DNA of 64,000 nt, from positions 320,001-384,000 of the forward strand of contig CAVXWP010000002.1 in the NCBI GenBank assembly GCA_963765495.1, given 5' to 3'. Position numbers and translations under genes: made by a program. Shown one piece after another: positions 63,885-64,000 of this stretch (position 1 is its first letter; every line of letters starts with the position of its first letter). This stretch comes from Blastocatellia bacterium (GTDB lineage Bacteria > Acidobacteriota > Blastocatellia > UBA7656). The notes below the pieces were generated by a model, which worked only from the letters and a program-made list of their open reading frames with translations, was not told the origin of the DNA and did no database searches.

Positions 63885-64000
63885 CGTGATTGGTGATCCG
63901 TGATTTTCAGGCAAATGGCTGTTAACAGGTAATTGCCAATCTCCGGGTCACGAATCACGAATCACCCTTCACTCTTCACGCATCACGAATTACGCGCCGC

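Larger units (their letters stand above)
63625..63994. repeat. GTGAT/ATCAC heptamer-flanked element, copy D, interrupted by a MITE
   Basis: GTGAAGA x3 left arm, core matching 53476-53558 and TCAC-rich right arm. Confidence 0.88.

Overview
Moderately GC-rich bacterial chromosomal window of about 55 genes, mostly housekeeping. Gene content and intergenic repeat style suggest Acidobacteriota, which is an inference. Core genes: xseA, rodA, a fused TIGR03960/TIGR03936 radical SAM gene, rne/rng, 6S RNA-ymdB, mreBCD with two tandem PBP2 (mrdA) genes, xseB-ispA-dxs-tlyA, ppk1, thpR, mog, hslO, two tandem Tmk-like kinases and ctpA. Most notable: (1) an 18.2-27.4 kb storage-lipid locus where a divergent PhaR-type regulator and two phasin-like proteins (one with four ~47-aa amphipathic repeats) sit with WS/DGAT, P450, acyl-CoA ligase, SDR, GNAT and a lipase, with no PhaC in the window; (2) a TM Ser/Thr kinase-TPR gene followed by an unannotated 40-aa Lys-rich ORF, an S41 peptidase and an FHA-trypsin gene; (3) an apparent circular permutation of the mre-mrd-rne block between xseA and xseB; (4) several families of short palindromic/heptamer intergenic elements, including a 222-bp MITE with 17-bp TIRs and a 9-bp target duplication nested in another repeat, and one element translated in-frame inside a CDS. 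No rRNA, tRNA, CRISPR array or transposase was seen. All product calls come from motif recognition by eye, without database searches.
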